Positions 24,741 to 33,667 are shown, numbered from the stretch's first letter. The stretch is DNA of 64,000 nucleotides from Candidatus Wildermuthbacteria bacterium (GCA_016186115.1 JACPMK010000003.1:90470-154469); one strand, 5' to 3'. Program-made: numbers and translations. Notes: a model not told the origin generated them from the letters alone.

Positions 24741-25929
24741 TATTGCTGCGTTGGATTTAGGAACCCATTCTTTGAAAATGGTAGTAGCGCGACAAAATGA
24801 AGGCGGCGAATTTGAGATTGTCGCCGCAGCCCAAGAGCCCTCTTCGGGGGTACGAAAAGGAACAATCGTAAATCCGGATGAGGTTGCAAAAAAGATTGGA
24901 ATTCTCATGGGCAAGGTGGAAAGCATGGCTTCTTTGCCAATTACAGAATTCGTGGTTAATATTGGCGGAGGGCACATTTTTATTACTCCTTCCCATGGCA
25001 TTGTCGCGGTATCTCGCGCCGATGGCAATGTTTCGCAAGAGGATGTAGAGCGAGTGTTGCAGGCAGCCCAAGCATTGTCATTGGAATCAAATAAAGAGGT
25101 ACTTGACGTGATACCAAAGGAATTTATTGTTGACGGTACGGGAGGATTAAGAGAAGTAGTAGGGATGAAGGGCGTACGACTCGAAGTGAATGTGCTTGCA
25201 TTGTGCGCATTTTCCCCATACATGAAGCACTTGAGCGATGCAGTGCTTTCGAGCGGGGTTGGAATCGCTGATATGGTCGTGTCGCCACTGGCAGATGCGG
25301 CCGCAGTTCTTAGCCCCCGACAAAAGGAAGTGGGAGCCGCGGTCATTGATATTGGCGCGGGAACGACGGGTCTGGCAGTATTTGAAGAAGGAGATTTGAT
25401 CCATACGAGCGTGTTGCCTGTTGGCTCTGAAAACATTACCAATGATATTGCGATTGGATTACGGGTTGATCCTGCTCTTGCAGAACGGATTAAGCTTGAG
25501 TATGGGATATTGGCCTCGAAGGGGAAAAAGATACAAAAAATTGCTTTGGACAATGGGACGCACTTTTCATTCTCTCAAAAGCTCCTTTCTCATATTATCG
25601 AGGCGCGTATCAATGAGATTTTTCAATGTATTCAAAGAGAATTGAAGCAAGTTGAACGACAGGAAAAGTTGCCAGCAGGAATTATTTTGACGGGAGGGGG
25701 AGCAAAGCTTCCTTCCCTTGCGGACTTTGCAAGGAAAGAATTAAAACTTTCGACCAAGGTTGGCCTGCCCAGTGGGATTGTAGGTTTCCCGGAAGATCCT
25801 GCGTTTGCCGTTGCCTTGGGGTTATTATACCGGGGGATCGAACTCCAGGAATACGCTCCCCGGACTTTCCTTGAGGATAACCCTTTTCTCCAAAGAATAA
25901 AAAAAGTATTCCGGCTTTTCATTCCGTAA
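24727..25929 (+). CDS. ftsA: Cell division protein FtsA
   Basis: 400 aa with an actin-like ATPase fold (ALDLGTHSLKMVVA, VIDIGAGTTGLAVF, LTGGGAKLP) and a C-terminal amphipathic segment LQRIKKVFRLFIP. Confidence 0.93.
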   Translation: MKLHSIAALDLGTHSLKMVVARQNEGGEFEIVAAAQEPSSGVRKGTIVNPDEVAKKIGILMGKVESMASLPITEFVVNIGGGHIFITPSHGIVAVSRADGNVSQEDVERVLQAAQALSLESNKEVLDVIPKEFIVDGTGGLREVVGMKGVRLEVNVLALCAFSPYMKHLSDAVLSSGVGIADMVVSPLADAAAVLSPRQKEVGAAVIDIGAGTTGLAVFEEGDLIHTSVLPVGSENITNDIAIGLRVDPALAERIKLEYGILASKGKKIQKIALDNGTHFSFSQKLLSHIIEARINEIFQCIQRELKQVERQEKLPAGIILTGGGAKLPSLADFARKELKLSTKVGLPSGIVGFPEDPAFAVALGLLYRGIELQEYAPRTFLEDNPFLQRIKKVFRLFIP

Positions 25930-25936
25930 TTTTTCT

Positions 25937-26872
25937 ATGAACCAAGGAACTATTATTAAAGTTATAGGAATTGGAGGAGCCGGCGGCAACGCAATCAATC
26001 GTATGATGCAGGCAAAGGTGAAGGGGATTGAGTTGATTGCCGTCAATACTGATGCCCAGGACTTAAAAAAGATCAGAGCCCATCAAAAAGTTCGCATTGG
26101 AAACGAAAGCACGCAGGGATTGGGGGCAGGCATGAATCCTGAAATTGGCAGACGAGCGGCAGAGGAGAGCAGAGAGGAATTGACCCAGGTATTGCGCGGA
26201 GCAGACATGGTGTTTCTTGCTGCCGGGCTTGGGGGAGGGACTGGCGGAGGAGCAATTGCTATTCTTGCAGAAATTGCAAAGAGCCAAGGAGCTCTTACCA
26301 TTGCCGTTGTTACCAAGCCCTTTTCTTTCGAAGGAGCATGGCGTATGCGATTAGCCGATAAAGCGCTGGAGGAGTTGCGCGGAAAGGTGGATACGCTGCT
26401 TGTGATTCAGAATGATCAGATTGTAAAGCTTTCTGACGCCGAGACCACAGTGCTTGATGCGTTTTGGAAAGCAGATGAGATTTTGCGACAGGCCGTGCAA
26501 GGGATCTCCGATCTTATTGTAATGCCCGGGATTATTAATCTTGATTTTGCGGATGTAAAGAGCATCATGGGGCATTCCGGGCAGGCAGTATTTGGTATGG
26601 GGCGGGCAAAAGGCGAAAAGCGCATCGAATTTGCGCTTGAGATGGCTCTTCAGTCGCCCCTCCTTGATATGTCAATCAAGGGAGCGCGTGGAGTATTGTT
26701 TAATATTGCAGGCGCAGAAGATATCAGCTTGGGTGAGGTTCAGGAAGCGGCGCAAAAAATCAAAGAAAAAGTTTCTCCGCATGCCAAAATTATCTTTGGA
26801 GCGGTGTATGATAAAAGTTTAAAGCAGGGCGAAGTGAAGCTGACAATCATTGCTACCGGATTTGATCGCTAG
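25937..26872 (+). CDS. ftsZ: Cell division GTPase FtsZ (core only, no C-terminal linker/tail)
   Basis: 311 aa with IGIGGAGGNAINRM and the tubulin signature AAGLGGGTGGGA. It ends ...KLTIIATGFDR followed by the stop. Confidence 0.95.
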   Translation: MNQGTIIKVIGIGGAGGNAINRMMQAKVKGIELIAVNTDAQDLKKIRAHQKVRIGNESTQGLGAGMNPEIGRRAAEESREELTQVLRGADMVFLAAGLGGGTGGGAIAILAEIAKSQGALTIAVVTKPFSFEGAWRMRLADKALEELRGKVDTLLVIQNDQIVKLSDAETTVLDAFWKADEILRQAVQGISDLIVMPGIINLDFADVKSIMGHSGQAVFGMGRAKGEKRIEFALEMALQSPLLDMSIKGARGVLFNIAGAEDISLGEVQEAAQKIKEKVSPHAKIIFGAVYDKSLKQGEVKLTIIATGFDR

Positions 26873-26876
26873 GAGA

Positions 26877-28340
26877 ATGATCCCTTTCCTTTTATGCCTC
26901 GCATTTCTCGCGGGCATTTTTATTTCTTCTGTCATTACTATTTCGTTGTGGCAGATTTTTTTTATTTTTACTGCAGGGATTTTTCTCCTTATTTTTACTT
27001 GGCGAACATACCCCAAGATTGTATTGGGACTGCTTTGCATTGCTTTTGGATTTGGTGCTTTGCGCATATTCTTTGCCTATTCGGAAATTGAGCAACAGCA
27101 GCTCCTTTTTGCAGAGATTATCGGGCATCAGGTGGAAGTTACTGCCCGGGTAGTGAAAGAACCCACTCCCCAGGGAAGCCAACTTCGTATTTTTGTAAAA
27201 CCAGAACATCTTGATGCTAAAGTTTTGGTGTATGCCCCGAGAAAAGATGGCATTCATTATGGCGACACCATTTCTATTCGCGGGACTTTGCAGCAGCCGC
27301 CCCAATTTGCTGATTTTTCCTATCGCGACTTTCTTTTGCGCCAAGGCGTCTATGCGGTGCTCTATACGAAAGAAATTCAATTGCAAAAGCAATCTGCGAA
27401 CCAAGGAATATTCCTTGCGTTTTGGCAGCAGATGGAAGGAATAAAAAATGGATTGAGAACTCTTATTCTCCAGCGTTTTCCGTATCCCCAGGATCAGATG
27501 GTTGCCGGACTTGTGCTTGGAGATCAGGATACGCTCTCGCAAGAACTTCGCGATCAGTTAAATCGCAGCGGCGTGCGGCACATCATGGCAATTTCTGGAA
27601 TGAATATTGTTATCTTGATTAATATTGCCATGGCATTTCTTTTGGGAATTGGGCTATGGCGAAAGCACGCGATTTTCCTTGTTCTTTTCTTGATAGGGGC
27701 TTATGTGACCTTTACGGGTTTGCAGCCATCAGCAATACGGGCAGGAATTATGGGGAGCACTTTTTTAATTGCCCAGATTATGGGCAGGCCGGGAAATGAT
27801 TTGCGAATTCTGCTCTATGCTGCGGTTGCGATGCTCGTTTTTCAGCCGTTATGGCTTTTTGATATTGGATTTCTCCTTTCGTTTTTCGCAGTGCTTGGCA
27901 TGATTGCATTTTTGCCTTTTTTAAAGAAGGCCTTGTGTCGCGTGCCGAGTATTCTTGGGATAAAACAGACCCTTGCGACTACGCTTTCTGCTCAAGCATT
28001 TACCTTGCCCATTATGATTTCAAATTTCGGGTATTTTTCTCTCGTATCGCTGGTCACTAATATTCTCGTCCTCCCTCTGATGCCATTTTTGCTTGGCTTT
28101 GGAGCTCTGTTTCTTTTCGTGGGTTCCCTGTTCGGCACGATCGGAGGATTTTTGCTTTCTTTGCCTTTGGTTTGGTTGCTTTCCTACTTCTTTTGGGTGG
28201 TAGATTTTTTTGCGGATATTCCTTTTGCAGTTCTTCAGTTTTCTGGAACTGGTTTGCTGATTCCCATATTCATTGCTGTTCCTCTTGCTTTTGCCGCTTG
28301 GAAATTGCGCAGAAGAAGTGAATTTCTGCCTTATGAGTAG
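26877..28340 (+). CDS. comEC: ComEC/Rec2-family competence membrane protein
   Basis: The ORF runs 26850-28340 and the likely start is the ATG at 26877, after GGAGA. It is polytopic and has the competence-domain block GVRHIMAISGMNI. Confidence 0.8.
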   Translation: MIPFLLCLAFLAGIFISSVITISLWQIFFIFTAGIFLLIFTWRTYPKIVLGLLCIAFGFGALRIFFAYSEIEQQQLLFAEIIGHQVEVTARVVKEPTPQGSQLRIFVKPEHLDAKVLVYAPRKDGIHYGDTISIRGTLQQPPQFADFSYRDFLLRQGVYAVLYTKEIQLQKQSANQGIFLAFWQQMEGIKNGLRTLILQRFPYPQDQMVAGLVLGDQDTLSQELRDQLNRSGVRHIMAISGMNIVILINIAMAFLLGIGLWRKHAIFLVLFLIGAYVTFTGLQPSAIRAGIMGSTFLIAQIMGRPGNDLRILLYAAVAMLVFQPLWLFDIGFLLSFFAVLGMIAFLPFLKKALCRVPSILGIKQTLATTLSAQAFTLPIMISNFGYFSLVSLVTNILVLPLMPFLLGFGALFLFVGSLFGTIGGFLLSLPLVWLLSYFFWVVDFFADIPFAVLQFSGTGLLIPIFIAVPLAFAAWKLRRRSEFLPYE

Positions 28341-28342
28341 CA

Positions 28343-28351
28343 TGGTATGAT
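28343..28351 (+). promoter_or_regulatory. Extended -10 box TGgTATGAT, 6 nt upstream of the GH1 start codon (leaderless-type geometry)
   Basis: Read directly from the sequence: catGGTATGATaccataATG. It is embedded in the inverted repeat ATGGTAT-g-ATACCAT. Confidence 0.45.
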
Positions 28352-28357
28352 ACCATA

Positions 28358-29551
28358 ATGGCTCGGACACTTTTATTTCCTCAGGGATTTTTTTGGGGTA
28401 CTGCAACTTCTGCTCATCAAGTCGAGGGGAATAATATTTATTCAGATTGGTGGAAGGCAGAACAGGAAGGCAAGGTGCCCCATAAATCGCAAAGAGCATG
28501 CGATTCATACAATCGCTACGAAGAAGATTTTGATTTGGCAAAAGCAATGCACAACAATGCGTATCGTTTTTCTATTGAGTGGGCGCGCATTGAGCCCCAA
28601 GAGGGCAAGTTTCAAGAAGAAGAAATCGAGCATTATCGCAGGGTGATCCGTGCCGCAAAAGAGCGGGGGCTGGAACCATTCGTAACATTGCACCATTATA
28701 CAGTTCCACAATGGTTTGCAGAAAAAGGTGGATGGACTCATAAAAAAGCTCCAGAGTATTTCGAGCGATATGTGCAATTTGTTGTAGAGCGGCTTGGAAA
28801 TGATGCGCGCTATTGGGTCACAATCAATGAACCCCTTATTCTGCTTGTGAAGGGGTATGGATCAGGAAGTTTCCCGCCATTTAAACGAAATAATTTCTTA
28901 GGGATGTTGCAAGCTACTTTTACAATGATAAAAGCCCATAAAAGGGCCTATAAAGTTATTCATGATCGAAATCCCGAAGCAAAAGTAGGCGTTGCGCATG
29001 CGATTAACTATTTAGAATCATCTGGGGGGATATTTCATGTTTTACAGATTCCAGTTGTTTTTGTACTGCGGTATGTTAAAGATCAATGGTTTTTGGATCA
29101 AATTAAAAACTCACAGGATTTTATTGGGGTAAACCACTATAGGCGTATAAAATTTTCATTCCGTAGAGGATCTTTTACAGAAGGAGATATTCTAAGCGAT
29201 TTTGGGTGGGAAGTTTATCCTCGTGGTATGTACCATGTGGTAAAATCCTTGCAAAGGTTTAAGCTACCCATTTTTATTACGGAAAATGGTATTGCGAATG
29301 CAAAGGATGATCATCGCTCAGCTTTTATAGTCGAACATTTGCAAGAGTTGCATAAAGCAATTGAAGAGGGGGCTGATGTGAGGGGATATTTTCATTGGTC
29401 GTTGCTCGATAACTTTGAATGGGCAGAGGGATTTCATATGAAATTTGGATTGGTCGAGGTTGATTTTGAAACATTAGAGAGGCGGCCTCGCCCCAGCGCA
29501 AATACATATGCCGAAATCTGCAGAACCAGTTCATTGGAAATTGATAGTTGA
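28358..29551 (+). CDS. Glycoside hydrolase family 1 beta-glucosidase
   Basis: 397 aa with FFWGTATSAHQVEG, the acid/base TINEP, and the nucleophile FITENG. Confidence 0.9.
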   Translation: MARTLLFPQGFFWGTATSAHQVEGNNIYSDWWKAEQEGKVPHKSQRACDSYNRYEEDFDLAKAMHNNAYRFSIEWARIEPQEGKFQEEEIEHYRRVIRAAKERGLEPFVTLHHYTVPQWFAEKGGWTHKKAPEYFERYVQFVVERLGNDARYWVTINEPLILLVKGYGSGSFPPFKRNNFLGMLQATFTMIKAHKRAYKVIHDRNPEAKVGVAHAINYLESSGGIFHVLQIPVVFVLRYVKDQWFLDQIKNSQDFIGVNHYRRIKFSFRRGSFTEGDILSDFGWEVYPRGMYHVVKSLQRFKLPIFITENGIANAKDDHRSAFIVEHLQELHKAIEEGADVRGYFHWSLLDNFEWAEGFHMKFGLVEVDFETLERRPRPSANTYAEICRTSSLEIDS

Positions 29552-29569
29552 TAATTGAAAATTTGTATC

Positions 29570-30487
29570 ATGGTGTGGCTTTTTGTAACAATATTTTCAT
29601 ACTTCCTTTTTGCATTTTCTTCCTTAACGGATCGGTATCTTTTGGCAGGCCCATTGCCCCATCCCCGCGTGTACGCATTTTATACCGGCATCACCGGCAT
29701 TCTTGCGGTTGCGCTTATTCCTTTGGGATTTCAGTTTTTGGGCCTGCCCTTTGCCTTGCGAGGTTTGGCAGCTGGAGCAATCGGCCTGCTTGGCATTTAT
29801 GCCTTGTACCGAGCAGTGTTTCGGGGCGGGGTATCCAGAATTGTGCCGATGGTGGGGGCGCTTGTGCCTATTTTTACATCTCTTATGGCAATAAGCATTC
29901 TTTCTGAACCAGTGGAACTTTCGCAAAACATTCTGATTGCGCTGGTCTTGTTTATTGTAGGGACATTCTTTTTATCGTTGCGAGGTTCTTTGCTTGAATT
30001 TCGGCCCTCATGGTTTGATATGGGCAATGCGCTCGTGATTGCGTTTCTTTTTTCCTTTTCCCTTGTTTTGACAAAGAACGTGTATGATGAAGGCGGATTT
30101 CTGAATGGATTTATGTGGATGCGCTGGGGTGGGTTTTTGGCCTCGCTTTCTTTCCTTGTATTTCCCGTTACGCGTGGAGTTGTATTTCGGAAACAACAAA
30201 ATCCAGTGCAGCAGAAGCGCATTCTTTTGCCATTTCTATCGGGAAAAGGGGCCGGCATGTTCGCATTTCTCTTGCAGCAGGTGGCGTTGTATCTGGCAAG
30301 GCCATTTCAAGTCGCCTTAATGAGCGCATTGCAGGGAGTGCAGTACGCATTTTTGCTCGTATTTGTTGCGATATTGTCTTTTAAAAACCCAGACATATTG
30401 AAAGAAGAATTTTCTAGTGCAAATGCCATTTGGCGTATCATCGGCGTGGCATGTATAGGAGCAGGATTTTTGTTTTTCGCGGTATGA
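29570..30487 (+). CDS. Polytopic membrane protein, DMT/EamA-like transporter
   Basis: The track ORF starts at a TTG (29555) and an in-frame ATG lies at 29570. It has ~10 predicted hydrophobic segments. The family call is weak. Confidence 0.5.
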   Translation: MVWLFVTIFSYFLFAFSSLTDRYLLAGPLPHPRVYAFYTGITGILAVALIPLGFQFLGLPFALRGLAAGAIGLLGIYALYRAVFRGGVSRIVPMVGALVPIFTSLMAISILSEPVELSQNILIALVLFIVGTFFLSLRGSLLEFRPSWFDMGNALVIAFLFSFSLVLTKNVYDEGGFLNGFMWMRWGGFLASLSFLVFPVTRGVVFRKQQNPVQQKRILLPFLSGKGAGMFAFLLQQVALYLARPFQVALMSALQGVQYAFLLVFVAILSFKNPDILKEEFSSANAIWRIIGVACIGAGFLFFAV

Positions 30488-31509
30488 AATTTATATTCCT
30501 TCGTTTCCGCATTTTCTTTATTTTTTTGGCTATCCTTCTTTTCACGCTGGGGGGCGTGTTTATCTTCTTGTTCATCGGCAACACAAAGCAAGCAGAACAT
30601 ATTACATGGGGCGCAACATTCGGGCATTCGCAGGCAGAGTCGCTTGGGCTTAATTGGAGAGAGACGTACCTTGCGCTTGTAGATGATATGGGGGTTCGGA
30701 GGTTTCGCATCCCAATTTATTGGGATGAGTTAGAAAAAGAAAAGGGCAAGTTCGATTTTTCTGCATGGGATTGGCAATTGCAAGAATTAGAAAAGCGGGG
30801 CGGAAAAGCGTTTTTGGCAATTGGCATGAAATTACCGCGCTGGCCTGAGTGCCGAATTCCAGAATGGGCAAAGGATTTATCGAAAGAAGATCGGGAAAAA
30901 GAGATTCTAGCTATGCTTAGTGTAGTAGTTGAGCATTTTAAAGATAATCCCGCGGTATGGGCTTGGCAGGTGGAAAATGAACCAATGCTGCGATTTGGAA
31001 ATTGCCCGGAACCGCGCATAGAGAAAAGATTTCTTGATCAGGAAATTGCGCTGGTGCGTAAAGCCGATCCTTCGCGCCCCATTATTCTTTCTGATACCGG
31101 AGAGAATTCCTTTTGGTTGCAAACAGGAAAACGGGCTGATATTTTCTCGAGCACCCTATTCCGTATTATCCATAATCCCACTATTGGCTATGTTCGATAT
31201 CCGTATCCTCCGATCATGTATCATCGCAAAGCAGCATGGCTGCATATATGGTATCCGAATGTGCGGATTATTGTGGGAGAACTTCAGGCAGAACCATGGG
31301 TTGTGAAACCTCCGATTTCGCAATATTCCGTTGAGGAGCAATATGAAACCATGAGTCCGGAACAATTTTCAAACAACATCGAATATGCCAAGAATACGGG
31401 TTTTGATGAGTTTTATTTGTGGGGGAGCGAATGGTGGTATTGGTTAAAAACCCATGGCGAAACAGATATTTGGCAAAAAGCAGGAGAGCTATTTCATAGT
31501 AAGAATTAA
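30484..31509 (+). CDS. Membrane-anchored clan GH-A TIM-barrel glycosidase-like protein (GH42/GH5-like), paralogue 1
   Basis: The likely start is the ATG at 30484 (an ATGA junction). It has an N-terminal transmembrane segment, WQVENEP (acid/base-like) and IVGELQAEPW (nucleophile-like). Confidence 0.6.
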   Translation: MKFIFLRFRIFFIFLAILLFTLGGVFIFLFIGNTKQAEHITWGATFGHSQAESLGLNWRETYLALVDDMGVRRFRIPIYWDELEKEKGKFDFSAWDWQLQELEKRGGKAFLAIGMKLPRWPECRIPEWAKDLSKEDREKEILAMLSVVVEHFKDNPAVWAWQVENEPMLRFGNCPEPRIEKRFLDQEIALVRKADPSRPIILSDTGENSFWLQTGKRADIFSSTLFRIIHNPTIGYVRYPYPPIMYHRKAAWLHIWYPNVRIIVGELQAEPWVVKPPISQYSVEEQYETMSPEQFSNNIEYAKNTGFDEFYLWGSEWWYWLKTHGETDIWQKAGELFHSKN

Positions 31510-32517
31510 ATGAAGCGTATTTTCTTAGCTATTATCTTGCTACTGGTTGCGGCTGTTTTGTTTTTCTTTACGGGCGTTCCCAAGCCCGCAGAAAAAATTC
31601 TATGGGGCATAACTTTTTCTCATTCTTATGCAAGAGACCTTGGATTGGATTGGCGCCAGACATATCTTGCTTTGCTCGATGATCTTGGCGTAAGGAATAT
31701 CCGTATTCCTCTCTATTGGAATGAGTTGGAGCGGGAGGAGGGAGCATTCGATTTTTCTTTATGGGATTGGCAATTGCAAGAATTAGAAAAAAGACAGGGC
31801 AAGGCAATCATAGCAATTGGCGTAAAACTTCCTCGCTGGCCCGAATGCCATATACCAGAGTGGGCAAGGGGTTTATCGCAAGAAAAGCGCCAAGAAGCAG
31901 TTCTTTCGATGCTTCAGGAGGTTGTTGAGCATTACAAAAATTGGAATGTTATTGAGAAATGGCAGGTGGAAAACGAATATACCGCGTCTTCGGGCATTTG
32001 CCCGAAATTAGACGTATCCTTGCTTCCAAAAGAAGTACATTTGGTGCGTACGCTGGATCAGCGACAAATTATTCTACAAGATGAGGGCATTGCATCTTCA
32101 TGGTTTTTTGCTGGGGAATATGCTGATATTATTGGAATTTCGATGTATCGTTTTCGAGCAAGCGAGACATTGGGATTGATTCATTATCCCTTTCCTCCAG
32201 CCATTTTCCAGAGAAAAGCGCAGCTTTTTCATATGAAATATCCCAACAAAAAAGTGATTATCACAGAACTGCAAGCAGAGCCATGGCCAGTAACTGGAAC
32301 AGTGGAGGGAGATTATAGAACAATGGACCCGCAGCGTTTTCAGCAGCATATTGCATACGCGAAACGCACTGGTTTTGATGAATTTTATCTCTGGGGCGCC
32401 GAATGGTGGTACTGGTTGAAAATTCATGGCGAGAATGCTATTTGGAATGAGGCAAAAGAATTGTATAATGAAATATATTTATTGAACTTTTTGCATGCGA
32501 AAACGCATCTATCTTGA
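31510..32517 (+). CDS. Membrane-anchored clan GH-A TIM-barrel glycosidase-like protein, paralogue 2 (tandem duplicate)
   Basis: It is collinear with paralogue 1: LGLDWRQTYLALLDDLGVRNIRIPLYWNELEREEGAFDFSLWDWQLQELEKR against LGLNWRETYLALVDDMGVRRFRIPIYWDELEKEKGKFDFSAWDWQLQELEKR. It also has WQVENEY and IITELQAEPW. Confidence 0.6.
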   Translation: MKRIFLAIILLLVAAVLFFFTGVPKPAEKILWGITFSHSYARDLGLDWRQTYLALLDDLGVRNIRIPLYWNELEREEGAFDFSLWDWQLQELEKRQGKAIIAIGVKLPRWPECHIPEWARGLSQEKRQEAVLSMLQEVVEHYKNWNVIEKWQVENEYTASSGICPKLDVSLLPKEVHLVRTLDQRQIILQDEGIASSWFFAGEYADIIGISMYRFRASETLGLIHYPFPPAIFQRKAQLFHMKYPNKKVIITELQAEPWPVTGTVEGDYRTMDPQRFQQHIAYAKRTGFDEFYLWGAEWWYWLKIHGENAIWNEAKELYNEIYLLNFLHAKTHLS

Positions 32518-33667
32518 TTATTCGGCTTCGACACCGGTTGATCCTAAGGTTTTGCGAGCAATGCTCCCGTATTTCAAAAAGGAATTTGGCAATCCCTCTT
32601 CGCGTCATGGCTATGGCCAGCGCGCCAGCGCAGCAATTGAACACGCAAGAACTCAAGTAGCCAACTTTCTGGGCTGCGCTGCCCAAGAAATTATTTTTAC
32701 AGGCGGCGCAACAGAATCAAACAATCTTGCTATCCAAGGCATTGTCGGACAAAAAAGAGCAACAAAGCCGCATGTTATTACTTCTGCTATTGAACATGAA
32801 TCTGTGCTGGAAGTATGCCGGACCCTTGAAAAAGAAGGAGCGGCAGAAGTGAGCTATCTTACTCCCGATGCAGAAGGAATAATAGAAGTGAAAGAGGTGG
32901 AGCGCGCAATCCGTCCCAACACCACGCTCGTTTCTATCGGCTATGCCAACAGCGTAATCGGTACCATTCAGCCCATTGCAGAAATTGGGAAATTGCTTTC
33001 TCAATACAATATACAAAATACTACATACAAGATACTATTTCATACCGATGCGGTGCAGGCAGCCCTTTATCTTTCTTGCGACGTGAAAAAGTTGGGAGTT
33101 GATTTGCTCACGTTGAGCGCGCATAAGCTGTATGGTCCCAAAGGTGTTGGCGCTCTTTTCGTCAAAACAGGGGTTGCGCTTCGGCCTTTGCTTTTTGGCG
33201 GAGGGCAGGAGAATGATCAAAGAGCAGGTACTCAAAATGTTCCGGGAATTGTCGGGTTGGGAACAGCGATCCAAGAACTTCAGAATCCCCGTATGGCCCT
33301 GACCGCAATCAAAATCCGGCAATTGAGGGACCGGCTTACCAAAACCATTCTTAAAAAAATTTCTGGAGCAGCTCTTTCGGGTTCTTCTCAAAAGCGTCTT
33401 CCATCGAATGTGCATATAAGATTTGAGGGATGCCAAGCGCGAGATATCGCATTTCTTTTTGATCAAAAGGGTATCGCCGTTTCTACGGGTTCTGCGTGCT
33501 CTGAAAGAAGTCAGGAGCCCTGCCATGTGCTTTTGGCAATGGGTTTTTCCGCAGGCGAAGCGCTTTCTGGGGTGCGCATCACTCTTGGAAGATATACCAC
33601 AGCAGAAGAAATTGATGCTGTGGCAGAGAAATTGCCCGCAATTATTACGCAATTAAGAAAATCATAA
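32495..33667 (+). CDS. iscS: Cysteine desulfurase (IscS/NifS class)
   Basis: 390 aa with IYLDYSASTP, the PLP lysine in SAHKLYGPKG, and the catalytic Cys in STGSACS. Confidence 0.9.
   Translation: MRKRIYLDYSASTPVDPKVLRAMLPYFKKEFGNPSSRHGYGQRASAAIEHARTQVANFLGCAAQEIIFTGGATESNNLAIQGIVGQKRATKPHVITSAIEHESVLEVCRTLEKEGAAEVSYLTPDAEGIIEVKEVERAIRPNTTLVSIGYANSVIGTIQPIAEIGKLLSQYNIQNTTYKILFHTDAVQAALYLSCDVKKLGVDLLTLSAHKLYGPKGVGALFVKTGVALRPLLFGGGQENDQRAGTQNVPGIVGLGTAIQELQNPRMALTAIKIRQLRDRLTKTILKKISGAALSGSSQKRLPSNVHIRFEGCQARDIAFLFDQKGIAVSTGSACSERSQEPCHVLLAMGFSAGEALSGVRITLGRYTTAEEIDAVAEKLPAIITQLRKS
33004..33038 (+). repeat. 7-nt phased micro-array ATACAAT|ATACAAA|ATACTAC|ATACAAG|ATACTAT inside the cysteine desulfurase gene
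   Basis: Read directly from the sequence. It encodes QYNIQNTTYKIL and uses the same unit family as the mfd and pth arrays. Confidence 0.8.

Noticed and set aside
24561-25553. 330-aa minus-strand ORF antisense to ftsA
   Set aside because: It lies entirely within the well-supported ftsA and has a low-complexity Ser/Thr/Pro/Ala composition. This is a typical antisense shadow ORF. The same reasoning applies to the antisense ORFs at 723-1241, 6430-6963, 10255-10848, 12960-13511, 14375-14827, 17805-18419, 26892-27542, 28020-28547, 33035-33652, 41475-42008, 44421-44888 and 51230-51994.
26850-26900. Possible frameshift supplying a C-terminal FtsA-binding peptide to FtsZ (frame reads LPDLIARR)
   Set aside because: The residue order does not match the DIPxFLR-type peptide. 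The frame continues directly into the hydrophobic ComEC N-terminus, and a GGAGA-ATG start for comEC sits at 26877.
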